Shown piece by piece: positions 1 through 7,893 of a DNA stretch of 20,000 nt; position 1 is the stretch's first letter, and every line of letters starts with the position of its first letter. Location: IMG/VR virus record IMGVR_UViG_3300037453_000161. One strand, given 5' to 3'. Both the position numbers and the translations under genes were made by a program. This DNA comes from an uncultured virus (IMG/VR IMGVR_UViG_3300037453_000161) (taxonomy: Duplodnaviria > Heunggongvirae > Uroviricota > Caudoviricetes). A model generated the notes under the pieces. The model did not search any database, was not told the origin of the DNA, and was given only the letters and a program-made list of their open reading frames with translations.

Positions 1-1218
1 TCCATATTTCTTGACATAGGCTTTCATCTTCTCTGTGGTGATAGCCCCATTGTCGAGCAATTCTTTACCGTGTTCAGTTTCAGCAAGAAGTTTAGTGATA
101 GTAGGCATAGCACGAAGCATCTGCTTAATATCTTGGTAGGTGAAAGCACCACTAGCAATCTGCTGAATGTTCTGTAATGCGTTAGCACCCCATTGTGAAG
201 GGCTATTACCAGAATACAAAATTGCTTTCATCACACCTTCAGCACCAGCAAGAGCCAACGCAGAGTTCCCACCTGCTTGTGGGGCAACATACTGGACACC
301 TTGAACAAGGTCTTGAGCACCAACGCCAGGCATATCTTCTGCGTGTTTACGAAGTTCTCTAACGAACTCTTTAGGGTCACCACTAAAGAAGTTACCAAAG
401 CCGATTTCAGCCGTTTCGAGAATCTTGTACTGTTCAAGTGCTGAAGAAGCAATGTTCTCTGCATACGACAACAACTGGTTGCCAACACGTTCAGCATAAT
501 TGAGCATTGTATTGACAAACCTTGAAGCCGTACTTTGTACTTCTCGAAGGCTGTTCGTCACATTGTACCCAAGCCTACCAATATTGGTGAGTGCACCGCC
601 AGCAGAAATAAGACCATTGCCAATGGTGGTAGTAAGATTAGACTTCTGCTGTTGGCTCTCGGCTTGCTGTTTAAGACGTAGGATTTTCTGAAGTAAAGCA
701 ATTTCCTGCTGTTTAGTGCGGAGCGTTTGTTGAGCGAGTTGTTCTTCCTGTCTTGCTGTCCTAATCGACTCTTGGGCAGTCCTTTGCTTCTCTTGTTTTA
801 GCCTTTCGTTAGCACGTTGTACCTCTGACGCACCTTTCATTGCTTCAGCATTGGCTTTTTGCTCTTCACGAGCAGCCTTTTGAGCATTTTTGATGCGTTG
901 GTTAGAGGTCTTCTCCTCTGCTTGTGCGACTTTTTGTGCATTAACACGTTGTTGGGTAGCGGTTTTATTTTGGGCTTGAGCAATTTTTTGCTCATTCAAC
1001 TGACGTTTAACAGCGAGTTTTTCTTCTTCTGCTTGCATCTTTTGGATTGACTTCAATGCAGCACGCTGCTGTTTGTCAATGTCATTTGTAGCAGAGACTT
1101 TAAGTTTAACTTTCCCAGCAGTCTTCTCTACCTCTTTTAATTTGGCAAGAAGAGCGTCAATATCTTTTAACGCTTTTGCAGAGTCTAGTTTGAGATTTAC
1201 TCCATATTCGTATGCCAT
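1..1218 (-). CDS. Tape measure protein, N-terminal part (runs off the window)
   Basis: Not in the ORF track; translated by hand. ATG at 1216-1218 overlaps the upstream stop (TAATG). MAYEYGVNLKLDSAKALKDIDALLAKLKE, then a long Q/E/K/A coiled coil, then a tape-measure-domain-like segment (LETAEIGFGNFF...ALQNIQQIASGAFTYQDIKQMLRAMPTITKLL). No stop was met in the stretches translated. Confidence 0.88.
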   Translation of the reverse strand, partial: MAYEYGVNLKLDSAKALKDIDALLAKLKEVEKTAGKVKLKVSATNDIDKQQRAALKSIQKMQAEEEKLAVKRQLNEQKIAQAQNKTATQQRVNAQKVAQAEEKTSNQRIKNAQKAAREEQKANAEAMKGASEVQRANERLKQEKQRTAQESIRTARQEEQLAQQTLRTKQQEIALLQKILRLKQQAESQQQKSNLTTTIGNGLISAGGALTNIGRLGYNVTNSLREVQSTASRFVNTMLNYAERVGNQLLSYAENIASSALEQYKILETAEIGFGNFFSGDPKEFVRELRKHAEDMPGVGAQDLVQGVQYVAPQAGGNSALALAGAEGVMKAILYSGNSPSQWGANALQNIQQIASGAFTYQDIKQMLRAMPTITKLLAETEHGKELLDNGAITTEKMKAYVKKYG

Positions 1219-1766
1219 TATCTAAAAATCCTTTTAACATTAGCCAACCCACGCTCATCCCAAGTCTTTAGGAAATCACGACGCTCGTCAGAGTTCTCGT
1301 TTGCTTCTCTGACATATTCTCCAGATATGTTTTTCCCAGGGCGTTCGACAAATACGCCTGGATGTTCGTGGCGTTTATAGTACCAAGAATACAGGTAGCG
1401 GTGTCTGTTGAGTTTAGTATAATCAACTCCAACTGAAAAAAGATGGCTATTCCCCTGTTTATTATGGGACACAGAAATTGCTTCAATAAGGTTTCCTGTG
1501 TCGTGTGGGGTAATACGATGCCTTCTGCGAGCCATAAAGGATGATTCAGAATCCATTTCCATAGCAAGATTAGGGTCAATGTACCAAGCACCACTCCTGA
1601 CAGGGTCTCCAGACATAGCATCGCCTTCGCTGATAGAAGACAAAAATCTTTCAGAAGCCTGGAACTCGGCTTGGGTCTCTTTCGCCCATTGCAAGCCTTT
1701 CCGTTCTGCGACGGAGTTGACGGCTTGTTTCAGCCTTCTTTTTAGTTCATTGGCTTGATTACTCAT
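1218..1766 (-). CDS. HK97 gp10-like neck/tail-completion protein
   Basis: 182 aa, basic. TPHDTGNLIEAI resembles the gp10-family P-x-D-T-G-x-L motif. Leaderless promoter motif directly upstream. Confidence 0.6.
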   Translation of the reverse strand: MSNQANELKRRLKQAVNSVAERKGLQWAKETQAEFQASERFLSSISEGDAMSGDPVRSGAWYIDPNLAMEMDSESSFMARRRHRITPHDTGNLIEAISVSHNKQGNSHLFSVGVDYTKLNRHRYLYSWYYKRHEHPGVFVERPGKNISGEYVREANENSDERRDFLKTWDERGLANVKRIFR

Positions 1767-1805
1767 ACTTTAATTATAGTAGGAGCAATCATTTATTTTT
1801 TTAAT
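1756..1805. repeat. Perfect 50-bp direct repeat, copy 1 (copy 2 at 3059-3108)
   Basis: tgattactcatactttaattatagtaggagcaatcatttatttttttaat is identical at both sites. It spans the upstream stop, the whole intergenic promoter and the start of MSNQ. Confidence 0.97.
1764..1802 (-). promoter_or_regulatory. Putative leaderless promoter, A7-N17-TATAAT-N6-ATG
   Basis: Minus strand AAAAAAA taaatgattgctcctac TATAAT taaagt ATG. No SD sequence. Confidence 0.8.
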
Positions 1806-3069
1806 AAGTAATGTCGATTGTCTCAATGTAGATGAAAGCGTCCTGACCATATTTGTTGCCAGTGATTTCAAATACGTTAATGCCAGGTTGGATTTCAAAG
1901 ACAGGGGTATTAGAGCGTTCAATCTGGTCTGGAAGAATCTCGAACACGTCCTTATCTGGGTGTTTGAGGTTGTACGAGAAATAGATGTTAGCCCCATAAC
2001 CGCTTGTGACCACTGCTTTACCAACGTTGAACGGGCTACTAGCAGTACCAATCTTCAACACGTCCACCACTCTGCTGTCATTTGCCATTACGTTGCCAGG
2101 CAGAGTCTCATATTCAGCAGTATGTTTAGGGTCTAATTGACGCACGACGATTGAGTTATTTGTCCAATCCCCAGACAGCCTTACACGCACCATTTGTGTA
2201 GGAAGGTCAGTATGTGAACAGAACATAATCCTCGTCACGTTGTTGTTATTCTTGTCATCAGCCCTTAACCTGAACTTCTTTCCCCAAGAAGCATCAAAAC
2301 AGAACCACGCTTCCTCTGCTTCACAAGAATAGTCAATAAAATGGTTATTTGGGCACGGAGCGGAGAACATCTGACGTAGTTCTTCCTTCGTGTAATGGCA
2401 GAGAGGGTGATATTTAATGGTGTCTTCGTAGCGTTCTGGGGTGTCTTTATCGTAGCATCCAATAATAACAGGTGCTTTGAATAGGTTTTGTAGACAAGGG
2501 TAGCACTTGCTTGCCCCGTCCTTACCGCACTTACCAACCAAATCATCAGCATCAACGCAGTAATAAGGGTCGAAGTCTTTGAACCTGTTTACGCAGAAAT
2601 CTTCACAGAGGAAGGTACGGGTTGGCTTGGTGATACGCCAGTAGCCATCGACCAATTCAAATGTGATGTTAAGACGCAACATATCAGTTTCTTCAGGGAT
2701 GTTCACAACCTCGTTAATAGAGAGGACACGAGCGTTAGTCCAGATAATCTCGCCACCATTCTGCGTCGCCCACAACTTACCTGCGAGGGCTAGTTGTCGT
2801 TTGATGTAGCGAGCATATTGTTCTCGGTCTTCACATTCAATCTTCTTAAAATCAAAAGCAACCGTCGCAGAGAACTCGGAAACATTGAGTTTCCCGAACT
2901 CACCGAAGGTTGGGAAATAGCCACCGTGAGCAGCATTAGTATAAGATTGTGTTTCGCCTTTGAATGATACGGTATAAGATGGGTCAGTGACCCAGCCAAA
3001 AGCAAACACCAACTGGTTGAATTGGAGTAGTCGTTTTTGAACTCGTAGAGGTGTATTCTGATTACTCAT
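1801..3069 (-). CDS. Distal tail (Dit-like) protein with Cys-rich central insertion
   Basis: 422 aa. C-terminal FEIQPGINVFEITG matches the L/I-x-PG-x-N signature of siphophage Dit-like proteins. Beta-rich N-domain ends LNITFELVDGYW. 13 Cys. Confidence 0.65.
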   Translation of the reverse strand: MSNQNTPLRVQKRLLQFNQLVFAFGWVTDPSYTVSFKGETQSYTNAAHGGYFPTFGEFGKLNVSEFSATVAFDFKKIECEDREQYARYIKRQLALAGKLWATQNGGEIIWTNARVLSINEVVNIPEETDMLRLNITFELVDGYWRITKPTRTFLCEDFCVNRFKDFDPYYCVDADDLVGKCGKDGASKCYPCLQNLFKAPVIIGCYDKDTPERYEDTIKYHPLCHYTKEELRQMFSAPCPNNHFIDYSCEAEEAWFCFDASWGKKFRLRADDKNNNNVTRIMFCSHTDLPTQMVRVRLSGDWTNNSIVVRQLDPKHTAEYETLPGNVMANDSRVVDVLKIGTASSPFNVGKAVVTSGYGANIYFSYNLKHPDKDVFEILPDQIERSNTPVFEIQPGINVFEITGNKYGQDAFIYIETIDITY

Positions 3070-3108
3070 ACTTTAATTATAGTAGGAGCAATCATTTATT
3101 TTTTTAAT
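3059..3108. repeat. Perfect 50-bp direct repeat, copy 2, containing the same leaderless promoter
   Basis: Identical to 1756-1805. TATAAT at 3076-3081, A7 at 3099-3105, ATG at 3067-3069. Confidence 0.97.
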
Positions 3109-3421
3109 CAAATGACATTCTGTGTGTTTCTTGGTAATGAGCAATGGCACAAAGCAACTTTGGTCTATCGACAAGTTGCATAGAGTTCCAACTTTCCTTG
3201 ATGTAAGTCCCGTAGCCAGCAGGTGAGAGTTGATAAAAGTCACCTCCGAGGGTGACTCCTACAACAATTTCACGACTTCTGTTGACCAAGTCCCAAACGT
3301 GATAGAAGACTTCGTCTGAAGCCTTTTCGTCAATCGCTACATCGTATGGTACTTTCTCCAACCAAGAGATAGTATTGCTTGTTGGGCAATACACTACTAA
3401 TTTTTTGTAAACCTTATTCAT
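3104..3421 (-). CDS. Hypothetical protein, moron-like insert
   Basis: 105 aa. SD-like GAAAGGTGG upstream, with its own consensus sigma70 promoter. No family recognised. Confidence 0.75.
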   Translation of the reverse strand: MNKVYKKLVVYCPTSNTISWLEKVPYDVAIDEKASDEVFYHVWDLVNRSREIVVGVTLGGDFYQLSPAGYGTYIKESWNSMQLVDRPKLLCAIAHYQETHRMSFD

Positions 3422-3447
3422 CTATACCGTCCACCTTTCTAATGTAA

Positions 3448-3476
3448 ATTATACATAAACGGAAATAGAATGTCAA
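3448..3476 (-). promoter_or_regulatory. Perfect-consensus sigma70/sigmaA promoter
   Basis: Minus strand TTGACA (3476-3471), 17 nt, TATAAT (3453-3448). Confidence 0.9.
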
Positions 3477-3485
3477 GGTTTAGAA

Positions 3486-4169
3486 TCAACATTGGCAGTC
3501 GATACCATCTCCATAGATTTTATTGAGGTCGAGACGGTAAACGACCTGAAAGACGGAGAGACCAGAGTTACGGTCTTCAGTCTTCAACTGTGTAACTTCC
3601 GAGATAGTTGTTTCAGCGTCAACTTGACCTACGACATTGTATTTCCAAGCGGTAGTTTGAGAGGGGTCAACAGGGTTTGGTAAGGTCTGTCCACGGAGAC
3701 GGTCAAAATAAGCCTGGTTGAGACCGTCTGGGTAAGCAACCCTATCGTAAGCGTTGAACATCAGTTCATCCAACGCAGAAATCATATTGGCACGGAAAGC
3801 AGCCACGGCTTCAGATGAGTTCCCTGCATACTTCGTCTGGTCGTCGTTGGCTTTCGGGAGGTCAGTAGCAAACACAATATCGAACGTGACAACGACTCTT
3901 GTGCTACACGAGCCAAGGTCAATAGGTCTGAATCTAACGTTCACATATGGAAGGTTGGTGTATTGAGGCGGTTCTTGTAGCGTATAAGAACCTAATCCGA
4001 TGTGGTTGTCAAGAGATACGAGGAAGTCGTGGTATCTGTCAATCGGGAACTCTGCACCATCATCTTTGACCTTGAGAATGTTGTCACACAAACAGGTCTG
4101 ATACTGCATCAAATACATCTTGAGGTTGTTCCAAAGGAACTTCTCTGCCCAAGTGCTTAATTTAATCAT
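3486..4169 (-). CDS. Putative tail terminator/completion protein
   Basis: 227 aa. Follows the head-closure-like gene with an ATGA overlap. LPYVNVRF...VVVTFDIVF pattern is typical of terminator folds. Ends DCQC. Confidence 0.5.
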   Translation of the reverse strand: MIKLSTWAEKFLWNNLKMYLMQYQTCLCDNILKVKDDGAEFPIDRYHDFLVSLDNHIGLGSYTLQEPPQYTNLPYVNVRFRPIDLGSCSTRVVVTFDIVFATDLPKANDDQTKYAGNSSEAVAAFRANMISALDELMFNAYDRVAYPDGLNQAYFDRLRGQTLPNPVDPSQTTAWKYNVVGQVDAETTISEVTQLKTEDRNSGLSVFQVVYRLDLNKIYGDGIDCQC

Positions 4170-4645
4170 AGTTTAACTCCTTCCTTAAACATTGGGTCAT
4201 CATCTGGGATGATGTCAGAAGCACCACAATCCAACTTCATTTCAGTCTCCCTTGGGTGAGTATCGTTGCACATCAGTTCTACGGTACAACAGTTAGGGAA
4301 TAGTTGAGTAATAGTAGGTTTAACAACACGATAAAGGTGGCGTTCTCCACCTTGATAGTATGCGACATAATCACCTGGCTTGATGTCATACGGTGGCTGA
4401 ATCTCTTGCCTTACACTATCAAAGAAGAAGTCCATATAAAAGGTGTCTTCGTTGTTCTGATAGTCTTCAGCGTGTTCATATTGGTAGATACGAGCAGTCT
4501 GACCGTTCTGAATATCAACACAAGAAAAATCATACAACTTGAACCATTGGTTCTGTGGAGTATTCGTCTCGTCTTCAAAACCAGGGATGTTGTTCACAAC
4601 CCTTTTTCTGACTACGGAGATGTGGTTGATTAGTTTCTTTGCCAT
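4166..4645 (-). CDS. Putative head closure/head-tail adaptor protein
   Basis: 159 aa, beta-rich. DIKPGDYV...YRVV resembles SPP1 gp16-like stoppers. Gene position is consistent. Confidence 0.5.
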   Translation of the reverse strand: MAKKLINHISVVRKRVVNNIPGFEDETNTPQNQWFKLYDFSCVDIQNGQTARIYQYEHAEDYQNNEDTFYMDFFFDSVRQEIQPPYDIKPGDYVAYYQGGERHLYRVVKPTITQLFPNCCTVELMCNDTHPRETEMKLDCGASDIIPDDDPMFKEGVKL

Positions 4646-4680
4646 ACTTTAATTATAGTATGGTAGATAATTATTTTTTT
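4643..4680 (-). promoter_or_regulatory. Putative leaderless promoter, A7-N16-TATAAT-N6-ATG
   Basis: Exact TACTATAATTAAAGTATG at 4660-4643. A7 at 4680-4674. Confidence 0.8.
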
Positions 4681-5141
4681 AATGCTTCATCAAGACAACG
4701 TAGACATTGCATAGGCTCAAAGCCAAATGCAAGTGAACAAGTAGCAGCCAGAGCCTTACCAGCCTCAACTAGAATACGCTCTGCGGCTTCATCACAGCCC
4801 CGTGCGTGGTAGTTTTCAGCCGCCATCACATAAAGTGCCGACCTATGCTTAACTTGGCAGTAATAATGCCTGTCAGAGCCTTCTACGGCATCAAATACTT
4901 GGTTTAATGCGTCCACACGGTTAAGATAGTCGCCTTTAATGAGTTCCATATTGGCTGACAATTTGTCAGCAAGTTTAGTAATTTGGTCTGGTTCGTCAGC
5001 GAAGGTGTCCATATCAGAGTAGATGTTACAAATCTCCTCGTCATTATGGCACATAGCAGCCTCTAACTGACCAACAAGCATTAACTGGTCGAAAATCCAG
5101 CCACGCTTCTTATTCGATGTTTCGCTCTCTTTCTTGCTCAT
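4671..5141 (-). CDS. Hypothetical helical protein (156 aa)
   Basis: Start moved to ATG 5141, which has SD GAGGAGG 6 nt upstream. C-terminal CLRC. Confidence 0.8.
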   Translation of the reverse strand: MSKKESETSNKKRGWIFDQLMLVGQLEAAMCHNDEEICNIYSDMDTFADEPDQITKLADKLSANMELIKGDYLNRVDALNQVFDAVEGSDRHYYCQVKHRSALYVMAAENYHARGCDEAAERILVEAGKALAATCSLAFGFEPMQCLRCLDEALKK

Positions 5142-5180
5142 TTCGTTCCTCCTCAAGCAATTTTAATAGTTGTTCATCCA

Positions 5181-5597
5181 TTATGACATCTTCTCGAACT
5201 TATGAACTACTTTTCCGACTTTGGAAGTATAGGTCAAAGTAAGAAGATACTCGGCTTGTTTTTCAGTAACATAATAATCGTGACCAACAGTGAACAGCAT
5301 ATTGAACCAGTTATCTGGAGAGTCCTCGGAAACGAATTGAATACGCTCGGAAGATACGAACTTATATTTAGTGCCAGTCCCGCCACAGGAACGACAACCT
5401 TGTCCCTTGGTAGAGTAGCCACCACCTAGGTAGCGTAGTTTAACCTTCTTATCAGAAGTAGATTTTTCTGTCATAGGTAGAGCAACAGTGTTTTTAAGCA
5501 CTGCTTCGGATGAAGGCACGAATTGCGGCTCGCTTAAAGCCTTCCTCCTTTTAGCAGCCTCGGCTTTTGCTCTCTGTCCACAAGAACTACATCCCAT
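5181..5597 (-). CDS. Hypothetical basic protein with two CxxC motifs
   Basis: 138 aa. MGCSSCG and GCRSCGG. SD GGAGG and a TAATG-coupled start. Confidence 0.82.
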   Translation of the reverse strand: MGCSSCGQRAKAEAAKRRKALSEPQFVPSSEAVLKNTVALPMTEKSTSDKKVKLRYLGGGYSTKGQGCRSCGGTGTKYKFVSSERIQFVSEDSPDNWFNMLFTVGHDYYVTEKQAEYLLTLTYTSKVGKVVHKFEKMS

Positions 5598-5686
5598 TAT
5601 TTGCCTCCTTTTCTGTCAATCAAATAGATAATAATGCCGCCAACAGCGACAATGAAGAAAGCCATTAAGAAGATACCTAGTTTCAT
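5597..5686 (-). CDS. 29-aa single-pass membrane peptide
   Basis: Below the ORF-track cutoff: MKLGIFLMAFFIVAVGGIIIYLIDRKGGK. TAATG overlaps at both ends, fills the gap exactly, GGAG upstream. Confidence 0.75.
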   Translation of the reverse strand: MKLGIFLMAFFIVAVGGIIIYLIDRKGGK

Positions 5687-6579
5687 TAGATTACATCTCC
5701 AAACTCTTCAGGCACAGAGATTTCGCCACATCGTGAGATTGCCTGTAACTCTGCAACGAGGGCAACGTCGAAGATGTCAGTGAGAAGGGTATCGGTAGCA
5801 GAAGCCCCGTTGTCTTTGTCAGACCACTCACGCTCAATGTTACCGTTCTTCATACGCTTCAACAGACCAACTGTCTTCGTCATAGCAGAAGCACAGTCAG
5901 ACAATGAAATCTTCGCATCGTCAATCTTGGAAATGATAGGACAGACTAGAGGCAATAAGCCGTTTGGTAGGCTTTGATAACCTGCGTTGTATTTAAGAGT
6001 AATGGTAAACTGTCTCTTACATAAACAGCAACACCTGTGATTCCAGTAGAAGATGTTTGGGAAGTCATCACGCATAATGTAGAGTTTATTCGTGTATGGG
6101 TCAAGATGGTCGTTAAGGTATTCAGCAGTAAGTTCCTGTTTGACAAACTGACCAGCCACAACAGCGGTGATGTAGCCTTCTACAAATGGTTCATCGTCTA
6201 GTGGTGCGTATTCAAGAGGAATAACAATGTGGTCGTCGTCACAATTACAACATTTCCTAGTACAACCACACAACTGGTTAGCCGTAGTCTGTTGAGTACG
6301 GCATTGCATAATCATAGTATCATCGTCAGCATCAGTCCAACAAGCGTGGAGAGACAAGAAGCGAACTGCTAACCAGATTTTCTTCCATAAGAGGTCAACA
6401 TCTTCGCCATCTGGGTTCTCGTTATTAGACGCTTCAGAGGAAGTTGATTCAGAACCCCTGTATGGTTTGTAGTCAATGTCACAATGTTCGGACACTTGAT
6501 TCAAAATTACCTCGGCTCTTGGGTCGATTTTTCCGCCTTCAAAGAAGTCGTATGGTAATGGTTTAATACATTCGCTCAT
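5686..6579 (-). CDS. Putative head-tail connector (gp6/gp15-like), Cys-rich
   Basis: 297 aa. ITLKYNAGYQSLPNGL matches the Y-x-AGY-xx-P connector motif. 16 Cys. Confidence 0.65.
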   Translation of the reverse strand: MSECIKPLPYDFFEGGKIDPRAEVILNQVSEHCDIDYKPYRGSESTSSEASNNENPDGEDVDLLWKKIWLAVRFLSLHACWTDADDDTMIMQCRTQQTTANQLCGCTRKCCNCDDDHIVIPLEYAPLDDEPFVEGYITAVVAGQFVKQELTAEYLNDHLDPYTNKLYIMRDDFPNIFYWNHRCCCLCKRQFTITLKYNAGYQSLPNGLLPLVCPIISKIDDAKISLSDCASAMTKTVGLLKRMKNGNIEREWSDKDNGASATDTLLTDIFDVALVAELQAISRCGEISVPEEFGDVI

Positions 6580-6614
6580 AATTTAATAATACTACATTTA
6601 TTTTTTCTTTTTTT
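6577..6614 (-). promoter_or_regulatory. Putative leaderless promoter variant, A7-N16-TATTAT-N6-ATG
   Basis: Minus strand AAAAAAA gaaaaaataaatgtag TATTAT taaatt ATG. No SD. Confidence 0.65.
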
Positions 6615-7308
6615 AACTATGCCATCCTTTGTATCTAAATGCACCTAGGAAGTTGCCAAGCCCCAGCGATACGATGTTGACAGCAGCACCACCACGAGGC
6701 ATTGGTGTACCGCCCTGGTTCTGCCCATAACATTGGATGTAGTTAGTGCCACTGTAATCTTGGGCAGCCATACAGATATGACCGTATGTACCACCTGCCA
6801 TAACAATCCAGTCACCCTGTTTAAGTTGAGTTGGGTCAGTAATAAGGTCGAACTCTGTTCCAGCGTTGACAGTACGCATAAGTTCCCAACAACCACGAGC
6901 CGCTCCGTTCCCTGTTTGAAGCATACGATTACACTGCGAGTACCAGAAAGCACAAGCGTAATCCCAGCACTGTGCTCCGTAATAACCGTCGCAATCAACG
7001 GCTGAACCGACTGGGTAGTCTGTAATCCACGAATTGTAAGTAGGGTAAGTGTTATAACCTCTTGCGAAGTTGATGTATGTACCACCAGCCTGTGACACGC
7101 CACTACCAGTAATAATTAACTTAAACTTATATTCGGCGATGTACTCGGTATCTACATCGTGGCAAAGATAAAAAACAGACAAACCATCTTGAGCCACCGC
7201 ATCGTGTTCTTCACCATACTGACGAGCAACCACCGCTTTACGTTGGTTATAGAGTTTGCTAATCTCGTTCGTATTCTTTGCAACTTGGTTTACGAGGTCG
7301 CCATTCAT
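6613..7308 (-). CDS. CHAP-domain peptidoglycan hydrolase, probably virion-associated
   Basis: DCDGYYGAQCWDYA (catalytic Cys), YGHICMA (His), YGQNQ. About 75-aa N-terminal extension, no cell-wall-binding domain, located among structural genes. Confidence 0.85.
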   Translation of the reverse strand: MNGDLVNQVAKNTNEISKLYNQRKAVVARQYGEEHDAVAQDGLSVFYLCHDVDTEYIAEYKFKLIITGSGVSQAGGTYINFARGYNTYPTYNSWITDYPVGSAVDCDGYYGAQCWDYACAFWYSQCNRMLQTGNGAARGCWELMRTVNAGTEFDLITDPTQLKQGDWIVMAGGTYGHICMAAQDYSGTNYIQCYGQNQGGTPMPRGGAAVNIVSLGLGNFLGAFRYKGWHS

Positions 7309-7310
7309 AG

Positions 7311-7880
7311 TTAATCCTCAAACACTTTAATAGCCCTATTGGTATGGCTTCCGATATACATCTTTTCTACTTTGTCCGACTCATCGTTATTATCGCCAAC
7401 ATAGATTTTGATAGGTTGAGTAGCCTGGTTGACAGAGTTCGGGACGTACATAGTCGCACCTTTAGGGAGAAAAATCATTGTGATTGTAATCCTGTCCACC
7501 CCTGTTGGAATAGTATAAGAAAAGTTACGACCAGTGTAAACTGTCGTTGTTTCGGTAGTGCCTACTGTCTCTACAAGTTCCGTCCTAGCATATTCGTATG
7601 CAGATGGGTTAAGGTCTACGATGTTTAAGAAGTCGATTTGTGTGCCTGATGGGACACCACTTGCCACCCAACCAACTAGGCTTGGGTCGGTGACAAGACC
7701 GCTACGGGTGTAGATACGCCCTGCTTCTGGCTCGTTTAGACAGCCAGCGTAAAGGAGAGTACCGTTTGTCCAAAGGTCAAAAGCACCAACCCATCCAGAA
7801 CTAGCCCCAGAGTAACTCTGCTCGACCATTGTTCCACCAGTAGGGATGTAATCGACGTTAATGTTTGTTGAAACTGCCAT
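7311..7880 (-). CDS. Hypothetical minor tail/structural protein
   Basis: 189 aa, beta-rich. C-terminal KIYVG...KVEKMYIG...AIKVF tail motif. SD AAAGGAG. Confidence 0.6.
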   Translation of the reverse strand: MAVSTNINVDYIPTGGTMVEQSYSGASSGWVGAFDLWTNGTLLYAGCLNEPEAGRIYTRSGLVTDPSLVGWVASGVPSGTQIDFLNIVDLNPSAYEYARTELVETVGTTETTTVYTGRNFSYTIPTGVDRITITMIFLPKGATMYVPNSVNQATQPIKIYVGDNNDESDKVEKMYIGSHTNRAIKVFED

Positions 7881-7893
7881 TTACATCTCCTTT

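Noticed and set aside
1218..1805. Tail-chaperone programmed frameshift upstream of the tape measure gene
   Set aside because: The preceding gene is a single gp10-like ORF coupled by TAATG, with no overlapping second frame. The A7 runs are at gene ends within the promoter motif.
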